Source: an uncultured Acidobacteriaceae bacterium
GTDB lineage: Bacteria; Acidobacteriota; Terriglobia; Terriglobales; Acidobacteriaceae
Length of the DNA stretch: 64,000 nt
Assembly (NCBI GenBank): GCA_963789875.1
Contig: CAWBMI010000002.1
Coordinates: 549,360-613,359 of the forward strand
Direction: 5' to 3'
Part shown: positions 18,328-27,797 of the stretch, in pieces
Position numbering within the stretch: the stretch's first letter is position 1
Layout: each line of letters begins with the position of its first letter
Position numbers and translations under genes: made by a program
The notes under the pieces: model-generated
Seen by the model: only the letters and a program-made list of their open reading frames with translations
Databases searched by the model: none
Told to the model about the DNA's origin: nothing

Positions 18328-20151
18328 CTATGGATGGTTCGTGAAGATTACCTTTCCTGAGACCTCACTCGCAATCTGCAGAGGAGCCGGCAGCAAAGCT
18401 TCGACCTTAGCGCGCTCATGCTGAGGGACGAAAAGAAAGACTCGCTGCGGGGAGTCCCAGGCGCGCTGCAGGTCGAGATCATTCAGAAAAATGTGCGGGG
18501 CATCGGGATAGGTGGATCCCCACCACATCGACGTGGTATTCCCATTCACTAATTCGATCGGGCGGCGCAGGTAAAAGAGCAGCGACGAGCCGAAGGATTG
18601 ATCTCCGTAAATCATCACTCGATCTGCCGGACGAAGTTCCGGAGCGATTTGCTGCGCCATGCTTCGCGAACCGAGGAAAGGATCGAAACGCTCTAGGGCG
18701 ATGTGCGCCGCGTAAAGAAAGATCGCCATGGTGATGGCCGTGCTCGAAGTCGCGGCGAAACTCTTGCCGCGACGGCGCAGAAAAAAAGCAAAGGCGGGGC
18801 CAATCAAGAGCACGATCGCAGCCAGCATCGCAGGTAGGCGCAGAGCGGCGAAGGACTCGCCGGTCAGGTCGAGCATGTGTCCCATGGAAAGCGTTTCGGC
18901 TTGCAGATCGGGCTTAGCGAGCACGGTGCCGATATCCGGAACGAAGGGGAGATGGCGCGAATTCCATAATCCCAGCGCAAGTACAATTGAACTTGCTGTG
19001 CATATCACGGCCAGAACGCCGGAAGTCCAGAGCAAGTATGAACGCGATCCCCACTCCTCTTCGTCGGCTAGCCTCTCCGCAATCAGCAAGAGAATCGGCA
19101 AGTAGGCCGGGAATGTGTAGTACTCCTGGTTGGTGGAGAAAGAGAAGAAAACCAGCGTCACGCCGGCCCAGGCGAGGCAGAGCAATTCGGTGCGGGAGCG
19201 GAAGTTCAGCGGCGGCCTGGGCTTAAGATCTGCTTGCTTTCGGCGCGCCATCCAATTTGCTAGCGGCCGTCTTAGCGCCACCGGCAGGTAGAGACTCCAG
19301 GGAAATAGCCAGACCAGGTGAAGAGTCCAGTAGAGCGAGTTGGTCTGCTTGTTGTAATCCCTGGGAATGCGCCGGCCGAGAAAGCGCATGTAGTGTTCGT
19401 TGACAAAGTAGAACCAGAAAAAATGTGGGTTGCGAAGGCCGGCGAGAATGTGCCACGGAGCGGCGATCGCGAAAAAGAGCAAGGTACCGGTGAAAAGGCG
19501 GAATTCGCGCCAGCGCCGCCACTCGCCGCTGATGGCCAGGTAGACGACGAGCGACAATCCGACTACGACAATCGCAAGGAGGCCTTTGGTTAGCACGGCC
19601 AGCGCCACGCTGGCGTAAGCGGCATACCAGCGCCAGGCTTTGCGTCCTTCCAGCGCGGTGGCGAAGAAGTAAAAGGCCGCGGCGATGAAGAGACTGAGAA
19701 TGGATTCCGGGATCAGTATGCGGGTGAAGAGATAACATCCCGCCGCCGTCGTGACGAACAATCCTGCGTAGATGGCGGCGCACTCGCCGAAAGCGAGACG
19801 GCCCCAGCGCACACTCAGCAAAACGAGAAGCAACATGGAAATTGCGACCGGCAGGTGAGTGGCGAATTCATTTGTGCCAAAGCAAAAATAGCTGAGGGCA
19901 ACAGCCCAATACATGAGCGGCGCTTTCTCGAGGTAGCGGTTGCCGTTTACTTTCAGCGTGACAAAATCGTGGGTGAGCAGCATTTCGCGCGCAGCCTCGG
20001 CGTGGGTGGAATCGGCGTCGTCCTGGAGTCCGGGGGAAAACAGCGAGCCCACGTACACCAGTGCAAATAGAGCCAAGACGGCGAAGACCGAAGTCTTACT
20101 CACTTTAGTCACAGACGATTTTGTGTCTGAAGAGAGATTCTCGGTGCTCAA
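18328..20151 (-). CDS. ArnT/PMT_2-like glycosyltransferase family 39 membrane protein
   Basis: 607 aa and polytopic. The N-terminal loop DDADSTHAEAAREML...YLEKAPLMYW is typical of GT39/ArnT-like lipid-linked-sugar transferases. Confidence 0.85.
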   Translation of the reverse strand: MSTENLSSDTKSSVTKVSKTSVFAVLALFALVYVGSLFSPGLQDDADSTHAEAAREMLLTHDFVTLKVNGNRYLEKAPLMYWAVALSYFCFGTNEFATHLPVAISMLLLVLLSVRWGRLAFGECAAIYAGLFVTTAAGCYLFTRILIPESILSLFIAAAFYFFATALEGRKAWRWYAAYASVALAVLTKGLLAIVVVGLSLVVYLAISGEWRRWREFRLFTGTLLFFAIAAPWHILAGLRNPHFFWFYFVNEHYMRFLGRRIPRDYNKQTNSLYWTLHLVWLFPWSLYLPVALRRPLANWMARRKQADLKPRPPLNFRSRTELLCLAWAGVTLVFFSFSTNQEYYTFPAYLPILLLIAERLADEEEWGSRSYLLWTSGVLAVICTASSIVLALGLWNSRHLPFVPDIGTVLAKPDLQAETLSMGHMLDLTGESFAALRLPAMLAAIVLLIGPAFAFFLRRRGKSFAATSSTAITMAIFLYAAHIALERFDPFLGSRSMAQQIAPELRPADRVMIYGDQSFGSSLLFYLRRPIELVNGNTTSMWWGSTYPDAPHIFLNDLDLQRAWDSPQRVFLFVPQHERAKVEALLPAPLQIASEVSGKVIFTNHP

Positions 20152-20423
20152 TGGCAGGGGATCCTCGGGTTCATAGGCTGTTTAAGAATGCCACAGGGCG
20201 ATTACGGCGTCATCTTGCGCAAGACTGCAGAAGCCTTCGTTGGAGCACGTTTTTATACAGTGATTACGGTATGTCGAAGAATCTGTCTCCTGATGCATTC
20301 TCCTTGTGGCGCATTCCTTCGCGAGCGAAGTGGTAAATGCGAGAGGGTAGAAGCCGGAATTCGTGACGGCACCGAAGATCTAAAAAAACTTGGTGGTCAC
20401 GACTATCCTGAGATTGTAAGAGA

Positions 20424-21239
20424 TTGGTCCTGGCGCTCGTTGCCTTCGGGGGGAGGCCTTTGAAAAGTAATTGCAAACGCATACTCTGCGTCGACGACGA
20501 CTCCCAGACTTTAAACCTCCGCAAACTCCAACTGGAGATGGCGGGCTATTTCGTCCTCACGGCACCCTCGGGTGCGGAGGCACTGCGAATGCTGGCGCAC
20601 GGATTAGATGCTGACGCCGTGTTGCTGGACTATGTAATGCCTGGCATGAAGGGCGACGAACTGGCGGAGAAGCTGCGCGAGTTGTATCCGAACTTGCGGC
20701 TGGTAGCGGTTTCCGCGGTGGATGAGTTGCCGCCGGCCATGCTGAACATGGTCGACAGCCACGTGCAAAAGGGCTCAGAACCGGAAGTTCTTCTGACCGG
20801 AGTCGCCGCGGTTCTGGCTGAGGATGGAAAACACCGGCGACAGGACCACTCACCCTCTCTCAAGACTATTCTTTGCGTCGACGATGAACAGTTGCAATTG
20901 CAGCTCAGAAGAGCGCTGTTGGAATCGGCGGGATTCGCAGTATTGCAGGCGCAATCGGCGAAGGCGGCGATGGACATTTTTCGCGAGCATCAGATTGACG
21001 CGGTGGTGATGGACTACTGGTTATCGGACAAAAACGGCACCGCGGTTGCGGAAGAAATGAAGCAGCTTCGCCCGAGAACACCCATCGTGATGCTGTCTGG
21101 ATTCTCTTCTCTACCGGGCGAGGGCGCGGTTGTGGATGCATGGCTGCGAAAGGCGGCGATCGAACCAGAAGATCTGGTTAATGAGGTCAAGCGGTTGATC
21201 GGCCTGCGGGCCGAGGTGCAGCAATCTGCCATTTCCTGA
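20424..21239 (+). CDS. tandem receiver-domain protein (REC-REC, no output domain)
   Basis: There are two REC modules (ILCVDDD...LLDYVMPGMKG...VAVSA...QKG and ILCVDDE...VMDYWLSDKNG...VMLSG...RKA). Both keep the acidic pocket, phospho-acceptor Asp, Ser/Thr and Lys. The start codon is uncertain. Confidence 0.85.
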   Translation: MVLALVAFGGRPLKSNCKRILCVDDDSQTLNLRKLQLEMAGYFVLTAPSGAEALRMLAHGLDADAVLLDYVMPGMKGDELAEKLRELYPNLRLVAVSAVDELPPAMLNMVDSHVQKGSEPEVLLTGVAAVLAEDGKHRRQDHSPSLKTILCVDDEQLQLQLRRALLESAGFAVLQAQSAKAAMDIFREHQIDAVVMDYWLSDKNGTAVAEEMKQLRPRTPIVMLSGFSSLPGEGAVVDAWLRKAAIEPEDLVNEVKRLIGLRAEVQQSAIS

Positions 21240-23288
21240 ATGAAAATGCCCGAGCCCGGCCACTTCTCGCGCGTAGGGCTTACTGCGGTTTGCGCTCTGA
21301 TGTTCTGGAGTTTTCTCGCCGGGATGAGCGCCGAAGCGTCCTCTGCAACGGACCAGTCCGTTAATCCCGTGAAAACCTTGACCCTTGAGCAACTGGCGAA
21401 TGTAGAAGTCACCAGTGTCTCCAAAACGCCGGAGGAAGTCAGAAATACAGCAGCCGCTATCTATGTGATCACGCAGGAAGATATCTGGCGCTCTGGCGCG
21501 ACCAGTATTCCAGAAGCTTTGCGACTGGCTCCCGGCGTTGAGGTGGCACGAATCGATGGGGATACATGGTCGATCGGCATTCGCGGGTTTGGGAGCCGAC
21601 TGGCACGGGATGTGCTGGTTCTCATCGACGGCAGAACCGTATATACGACTTTGCTGGCGGGCACATATTGGGAAGTTCAGAATGTAATGCTGGACGATGT
21701 GGAGCGCATCGAAGTCATCCGCGGCCCCGGGGGAACGATCTGGGGACCAAACGCGCTGAATGGCGTGATCAACATCATCACTAAGAGCGCGAAGGACAGC
21801 CATGGTGCGCTGGTCGATACGCAAGCGGGGGGAGCGCTAAATACGGGTTTTCTGAATGCTCGTTATGGTGGTCATGCTAAGGGCTTCGATTACCGCGTGT
21901 ACGGACTGGGGTTCGATCGCGGTCACCAGTATCATCCTGACGGAAAGAACTTCGATGACTGGCGAGCCATACAAGGCGGCTTCCGTGCTGACTGGGCAGA
22001 CAATACTCACGACAGCTTTACTCTGCAGGGCGATGTTTATGCGGAAGGCTACGGCGAGGGAGTAACAGCTACTTACTACATACCTCCATACCAAAAGGTT
22101 CTGTATGGTACAGCGCCACTTTCTGGAGGCAATGTTCTAGGAAGGTGGCAAAGAGTTTTCGGCGAAGGAACTGACTTTCAGTTACAAGCTTTTTATGACC
22201 GCACGAACCGCCACGAACTGAACTTTGCCGATCTTCGAGATACCTACGACATAGATTTTCTGGATCGCTTTCGTTTACCGGGACGAGAACAGATATCGTG
22301 GGGACTGGGGGCTCGATTCAGCCGTGGAACGAATCCGGTGATCGTTCCTGGTCTCACCTTCGAGCCGAACACCAGAACCGACCGCTTGCTGACCGCATTT
22401 CTGCAGGACGAAATCAAACTCGTCGATCAGCATCTCACTCTTACTCTGGGCACAAAATTTCTCGAGACGAACTTCACCGGCCTGAGGTTGCAGCCCAGCG
22501 GGAGGCTGCTTTGGACCCCGACCGACAAGCACACAGTGTGGGCTTCCTTTACTCATGCCATTCGAACTCCATCGGATGCGGAAGAAAACTTCTCTCTTCT
22601 GGGTTTTACGGGACAAATCGTAAACGGACTTCCTTTTTTTGCGCGCTTTAATCCAAACCCGAAATTCCGCTCGGAAGAGCTGAATGGCTATGAGGTTGGA
22701 TATCGCTTTCTGGTGCGTAAATCGGCTTACTTCGATATAGCTTCGTTTTACAACCGCTACAGCGGGCTTTTCAGTGAAGATATAACTGGCGGGGTTTTCC
22801 GGGAGGACAGTCCGCCACCGGCGCACCTTCTTCTTCCCGCCGAGTTTGGGAACGGTCTTCTCGGTACGACCAAGGGTATTGAGTTCGCTCCGGAATGGAG
22901 GCCAGTGCCTTACTGGCGCCTGCGTGCGTCCTACTCCTATTTGCAGATGGACATACAGAAGTCTCACAACTCACTTGATATAGAACCGCCATCTACCGTT
23001 GAGGGGTCGAGCCCGAAGCACGAGGTATCGGTCTTGTCAGGCCTTGATTTTGCTAAAGTTCTAAGTCTTGACTTCACTTACCGTTATGTTGGCGCTCTGC
23101 CGGCGCTAACAGTACCGGCCTATTCAACCGCCGACGTCAGATTTGACTGGCAGGCGAACCAGCGGTTCAAGTTTTCGGTTGTGGGGCGTAACCTGCTCCA
23201 GCCACATCATGCCGAGTTCGGAGGCGATCCAGGGCCACTGGTAGGAATCAAGAGAGGCGCGTACGGGCAAATCACGTGGACACGCTAG
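21240..23288 (+). CDS. TonB-dependent outer-membrane receptor
   Basis: It has a signal peptide and a plug domain (VEVTSVSKTPEEVRNTAAAIYVITQEDIWRSGATSIPEALRLAPGVEVARI...IRGF), followed by a long beta-barrel region. The ATG follows the upstream TGA directly. Confidence 0.9.
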   Translation: MKMPEPGHFSRVGLTAVCALMFWSFLAGMSAEASSATDQSVNPVKTLTLEQLANVEVTSVSKTPEEVRNTAAAIYVITQEDIWRSGATSIPEALRLAPGVEVARIDGDTWSIGIRGFGSRLARDVLVLIDGRTVYTTLLAGTYWEVQNVMLDDVERIEVIRGPGGTIWGPNALNGVINIITKSAKDSHGALVDTQAGGALNTGFLNARYGGHAKGFDYRVYGLGFDRGHQYHPDGKNFDDWRAIQGGFRADWADNTHDSFTLQGDVYAEGYGEGVTATYYIPPYQKVLYGTAPLSGGNVLGRWQRVFGEGTDFQLQAFYDRTNRHELNFADLRDTYDIDFLDRFRLPGREQISWGLGARFSRGTNPVIVPGLTFEPNTRTDRLLTAFLQDEIKLVDQHLTLTLGTKFLETNFTGLRLQPSGRLLWTPTDKHTVWASFTHAIRTPSDAEENFSLLGFTGQIVNGLPFFARFNPNPKFRSEELNGYEVGYRFLVRKSAYFDIASFYNRYSGLFSEDITGGVFREDSPPPAHLLLPAEFGNGLLGTTKGIEFAPEWRPVPYWRLRASYSYLQMDIQKSHNSLDIEPPSTVEGSSPKHEVSVLSGLDFAKVLSLDFTYRYVGALPALTVPAYSTADVRFDWQANQRFKFSVVGRNLLQPHHAEFGGDPGPLVGIKRGAYGQITWTR

Positions 23289-23926
23289 ATACGCTGCGAG
23301 CGATCGCCGCCCTTCGCCGGTGCGCTCTTGCCGCAACAAAGGCAAGGAAGTTCGTGACACAGCCAAGTTCCCGCCGTTCGCCGAAGCTATTGTCCCTCGC
23401 TATCGCGGTGTTACTTCAATTCTTCCTGTCCATTTCACTCTCTGCGCAGCAGCAGCATCCCACCGAGTCCCAGGTGAAAGCTGCCTACCTCTATAACTTC
23501 GGCAAATTTGTCCGCTGGCAACCAGATCGCCCTACTAATCCAGAGATGTCGATTTGTATTCTGGGCAAAGATCCCTTCGGCGCGATTCTGGATACAACGG
23601 TGGAGGGCGAAAGTATCGATGGCCGGAAGCTTGCGGTAAAGAGAATCTCCAGAATACAAGATGCATCGTCATGCAGCATCTTGTTTATCAGTTCGTCCGA
23701 GGAAGGCCAATTGGGACCGATACTTGTTGTGGCCAAGCGCTATGGCTTGCTCACTGTAAGTGACATACCGCGCTTCGCAGAGCATGGCGGGGTCATCGGT
23801 TTTGTTGTGCGACAGGACAAAATCCGCTTCGAGGTGAACCGGGGCGCCGCCGAGCAGGCCCATCTCACCCTCAGTTCAGAGTTACTCAAGGTAGCCAGCA
23901 AGCTATACAACAAGGCGGCGGAATAA
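23276..23926 (+). CDS. YfiR-like periplasmic protein (DUF4154)
   Basis: It has the motif VKAAYLYNFGKFVRWQ and a signal-like segment LLSLAIAVLLQFFLSISLSA. The start is GTG 23276 (13-nt overlap with the TBDR) or GTG 23354. The stop overlaps the HK start (TAATG). Confidence 0.8.
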   Translation: MDTLDTLRAIAALRRCALAATKARKFVTQPSSRRSPKLLSLAIAVLLQFFLSISLSAQQQHPTESQVKAAYLYNFGKFVRWQPDRPTNPEMSICILGKDPFGAILDTTVEGESIDGRKLAVKRISRIQDASSCSILFISSSEEGQLGPILVVAKRYGLLTVSDIPRFAEHGGVIGFVVRQDKIRFEVNRGAAEQAHLTLSSELLKVASKLYNKAAE

Positions 23927-25410
23927 TGGCCGTACCCACGAAATCCTCGATTTCGACGAAGCTCACCATGATGAACATGCTGGTGAGCGGCGCGGCATTG
24001 CTGTTGGCGTGCGCGGGCTTTTTTGCATATGACCAGGTCACGTTTCGCCAGAACCTGGCACGTTCCCTTTCCGCGCAGGCGCAGATTATAGGCTCGAACA
24101 GCGTGTCGGCATTGTTGTTCGCCGATCCTCAGGCTGCATCGAACACTCTTTCCGCCTTAAGAAATTCTCCGAACATTGCTTCGGCAGGTATTTTGACGGC
24201 AGATGGACGGCGCTTCGCGGAGTACATACGGCCCGGCGCAGATCAATCATTGAGTATTCCGTCACTTAGTGACGATCAGGTCGAGGATTACCGCTTGGGA
24301 AAGACTCACGCGGTTTTGGTACGCAGGATATTGTCGGAAGGCAAGCTTCTAGGGTTTGTATATATAAGAGCTGACTTGCATGAGCTTGATGAGCGACTTT
24401 GGCGCTATGCTCTAATCTCTGCCGTGGTGCTGCTCGTCTCTTTAATGTTCGCCTTGATCGTATCCGCGAAGTTCCGTCAATCGGTCGCGGATCCTATCGT
24501 AGCGTTGGCTGCTACCGCGCGGCAGATCTCTCGTGACAAAGACTACAGAGTACGAGTTGCTATCGGCGCCGAGCGGGATGAGTTAGCCACCCTCATAGAT
24601 TCTTTCAACGAGATGTTGAGGGAGATTCAACGGCGTGACAGCGAGCTCCAGAAAGCACACAGCGAGTTGGAGCAGAGAGTCTCGGAGCGCACTCGAGAAT
24701 TATTGGCGGCCAACCGGGAGCTTGAGGCGTTTTCCTACTCGGTCTCGCACGATCTCCGCGGGCCGCTCGACGCCATAAACGGATTCAGCTACCTGCTACT
24801 CAAGAACTACGCCGGCCACCTAGATACCAACGGGAAAGAGTCACTGCAGAGCATTCGAGCGTCTGCGAAGCGCATGTCCGAGCTGATTGACGACTTGCTA
24901 AACTTGTCGCGCGTTACCACCAGCACGATGCACTGCGAAGAGATCGACCTGAGCGCATTTGCACACTCGATTATGGAAGACCTGTGTCGCGAAGCGCGTG
25001 ACAGAAAGGTGGAGTTTATCGCGCCGGCACGTGTGGAAGCATATGCGGACGAACGCCTTATGCGCATCGTGATGGATAACTTGCTGCGAAACGCATGGAA
25101 ATATACCTCCCACCATGAGCAGGCCTGCATTGAGTTCGGCGAAGAGATTACGAATGGGCGCAGAGTCTACTTCGTGCGGGACGATGGGAGCGGCTTCGAT
25201 CCGCGGTCGGCCGACCGTCTCTTCCAACCGTTCCAACGCCTGCACTCCGCCGCGGAGTTTCCGGGCAACGGGATCGGGCTCGCTACCGTGGGCAGAATCA
25301 TTCGACGCCATGGCGGAGAAGTGTGGGCCGAAGGATCGGTGGAAAAAGGGGCGACATTCTATTTCACTTTGGAGTTCCCCCGAGGCACAGGGCAAGAATT
25401 GCGACCGTAA
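23926..25410 (+). CDS. sensor histidine kinase (periplasmic CHASE8-like sensor, HAMP, HisKA, HATPase_c)
   Basis: Two TM helices flank a periplasmic domain of about 130 aa. It has a HAMP region, the H-box FSYSVSHDLRGPL, the N-box NLLRNAWKYT, G1 VRDDGSGFD and G2 GNGIGLATV. Confidence 0.9.
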   Translation: MAVPTKSSISTKLTMMNMLVSGAALLLACAGFFAYDQVTFRQNLARSLSAQAQIIGSNSVSALLFADPQAASNTLSALRNSPNIASAGILTADGRRFAEYIRPGADQSLSIPSLSDDQVEDYRLGKTHAVLVRRILSEGKLLGFVYIRADLHELDERLWRYALISAVVLLVSLMFALIVSAKFRQSVADPIVALAATARQISRDKDYRVRVAIGAERDELATLIDSFNEMLREIQRRDSELQKAHSELEQRVSERTRELLAANRELEAFSYSVSHDLRGPLDAINGFSYLLLKNYAGHLDTNGKESLQSIRASAKRMSELIDDLLNLSRVTTSTMHCEEIDLSAFAHSIMEDLCREARDRKVEFIAPARVEAYADERLMRIVMDNLLRNAWKYTSHHEQACIEFGEEITNGRRVYFVRDDGSGFDPRSADRLFQPFQRLHSAAEFPGNGIGLATVGRIIRRHGGEVWAEGSVEKGATFYFTLEFPRGTGQELRP

Positions 25411-25539
25411 GGCTGACTAGCACGCGTAGGACAATGCCGAAAGTAACGGAGCCGCGTGAGTGATTTCGAATTTCGATGTGGTAAACTGCGCTTTCGAGGT
25501 CGATTTACTCTCTTCATCCGCTTACATTTGGAGTTCGCG

Positions 25540-27771
25540 GTGCGCTTGTTTTTCCGTGTTGTCTTTTTCCTTATCTTGATTTCTGTCCCCTGCGCGCTCG
25601 AAGCGACGTCCACGGATTATTACAATCACGTAGTTTTCGACAACAGCATCACTACCGACTACTACTATTACAGCAGCGGCCGCTCGGTTTTTCCTAGCAC
25701 GGTACGTTTGCTGTCGGGGGCATTGCCCGTGGAGAAGAAGAATTTCTTCACGCCTCCGAATGCGTTGCGCCTGGAGTGGACTTCGTCGCCCGGCGGAAGT
25801 TGGGAAACCGAAGTCCGCGTGGTCAGCATGCGGAATCGCCCTTTGGATTTTCGTGGCGACACTCTTTATCTGTGGTGCTACTCCACCGAAGGGATTCCGG
25901 CCGCCGGTCTGCCATTTATTCAATTGGAAGATGAGGAACATGATTTTACAGCGCCGTTCAAGTTAGATGGCATTACCGGCGACGTACCCGCGAAACGTTG
26001 GGTGCAATTGCGTTTGCCACTCAGTGAGTTTGAGACTGCGTCCATTCATCCGTTTCAGTCGCGGCGTTTGCACAGCGTGCACTTTGGTCAAAGCTCAGAC
26101 GATAATACACCGCACGCACTGATCATCGATGAGATCAAAATCGACGAGAAGAATGCAGCCGCTCCTGTGTCTCCTGAGATAAGGGGCGCCCCCAGCCCGC
26201 CGCAGAATGTGAAAACCAAGGGTTATGACCGGCACATTGATATTAGTTGGGACCCCGAGAAGAACGACGATCTGCAGAGTTATGTTATCTACCGGTCCAT
26301 GGCGGGACGAAAGTTTCAACCGGTCGGGATACAGATTGCTGGCGTGAACCGGTATATGGATTTTGTGGGGCGATCCGACGTGAAGGCTTCCTACCGGGTT
26401 AAGGCCGTGGACCGCGCGTATCGCCAGTCTGCCTTTTCGGGCCTGGCAAGCGCATCGACCCGAGAGTTGTCCGACGACGAATTGCTTACCATGCTGCAGG
26501 AGGAGTGCTTCCGTTATTACTTCGATGGTGCACATCCAGTTTCTGGGACCACGCTGGAGAATATTCCGGGAGATGATCGCATTGTGGCCACTGGGGCTAC
26601 AGGCTTCGGTGTCATGGCTCTTATCGTCGGAGTCGAGCGCGGATTCATTACTCGCGACCAAGGCATTCAAAGACTTACTCTGATCTTGGATTTCCTGGAG
26701 AAGGTGCCTCGCTACCACGGTGCATGGCCACACTTCGTTAACGGTTACACGGCGCAGAGCATGTTGGTGTTTGGCATGTTCGATAATGGCGGCGACCTGG
26801 TCGAGACTGCTTTTCTAATGGAAGGGTTGTTAGCTGCACGCCAGTACTTCAACGGAAGCGACGAAGCTGAGAAGAGTATCTATGAGAGAGTCACAAAACT
26901 CTGGGAAACCGTGGAATGGGATTGGTATCGGCGATCGCCGCAGGACAACGCGCTGTTCTGGCACTGGTCTCCGCAGTGGTCTTGGTACATCGATCATCGG
27001 CTTACTGGATTCAACGAAACCATGATCGCTTATCTTCTGGCAATCGCCTCCCCCACCCACGGAGTTTCTTCTGATCTCTATTACACGGGATGGGCTGGGC
27101 AATCGCCGGCTGCGATCGCTTATCGTAGTGGATGGTCTGGATCTACTGAGGGAGATCGCTATCGAAATGGGCATTCTTACTACGGAATTAAGCTGGACGT
27201 GGGAGTGAACACTGGAGGACCGCTATTCTTTACTCAATATTCCTTCATGGGATTCGATCCGCGCGGTATTCATGATAGGTACACAGATTATTTCGATAAC
27301 AACCGGAACATGGCACTAATTAATCTGGCATACTGCGAGGCTAATCCTGGCCGGTTTCAGGGTTACGGTTTCAATGACTGGGGACTTACCGCCAGCGATG
27401 ATCAGTTAGGCTATCTCGCACACTCCCCGGATCAGGCAAACGATGACGGAACTATAACTCCGACGGGCGCGCTCTCGTCATTTCCGTACACTCCTGAGGC
27501 TTCGATGGCGGCTCTAAAGTTTTTTTATCGCGACCTGGGCGATCGACTCTGGGGCATTTATGGGCCACACGATGCCTTCAATCTGACAAGGAATTGGTTC
27601 TCCCCCGTCTATATGGGACTCGACCAAGCGCCGATTGTGGTGATGGTGGAAAACTACCGTACGGGGCTGATCTGGAAATTATTCATGTCGAACCCTGAGA
27701 TTCAACCGATGTTGGGCAAAATCGGATTTCAGAAAGATAACGGTGTGAATACGGCAGCGACGCGGCATTAG
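25540..27771 (+). CDS. GH144-like (glucoamylase-like, putative endo-beta-1,2-glucanase family) protein with N-terminal CBM-like domain and FN3 domain
   Basis: The alpha/alpha-toroid family region shows [21 protein letters not shown]...[11 protein letters not shown]...[13 protein letters not shown]...[15 protein letters not shown]. An FN3-like segment is [22 protein letters not shown]...YVIYRS. The probable start is GTG 25540, preceded by GGAG, giving the signal peptide [22 protein letters not shown]. The ORF is open from 25456. Confidence 0.7.
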   Translation: MRLFFRVVFFLILISVPCALEATSTDYYNHVVFDNSITTDYYYYSSGRSVFPSTVRLLSGALPVEKKNFFTPPNALRLEWTSSPGGSWETEVRVVSMRNRPLDFRGDTLYLWCYSTEGIPAAGLPFIQLEDEEHDFTAPFKLDGITGDVPAKRWVQLRLPLSEFETASIHPFQSRRLHSVHFGQSSDDNTPHALIIDEIKIDEKNAAAPVSPEIRGAPSPPQNVKTKGYDRHIDISWDPEKNDDLQSYVIYRSMAGRKFQPVGIQIAGVNRYMDFVGRSDVKASYRVKAVDRAYRQSAFSGLASASTRELSDDELLTMLQEECFRYYFDGAHPVSGTTLENIPGDDRIVATGATGFGVMALIVGVERGFITRDQGIQRLTLILDFLEKVPRYHGAWPHFVNGYTAQSMLVFGMFDNGGDLVETAFLMEGLLAARQYFNGSDEAEKSIYERVTKLWETVEWDWYRRSPQDNALFWHWSPQWSWYIDHRLTGFNETMIAYLLAIASPTHGVSSDLYYTGWAGQSPAAIAYRSGWSGSTEGDRYRNGHSYYGIKLDVGVNTGGPLFFTQYSFMGFDPRGIHDRYTDYFDNNRNMALINLAYCEANPGRFQGYGFNDWGLTASDDQLGYLAHSPDQANDDGTITPTGALSSFPYTPEASMAALKFFYRDLGDRLWGIYGPHDAFNLTRNWFSPVYMGLDQAPIVVMVENYRTGLIWKLFMSNPEIQPMLGKIGFQKDNGVNTAATRH

Positions 27772-27797
27772 CCGCAAACCCACTGGAACTATCCAAC

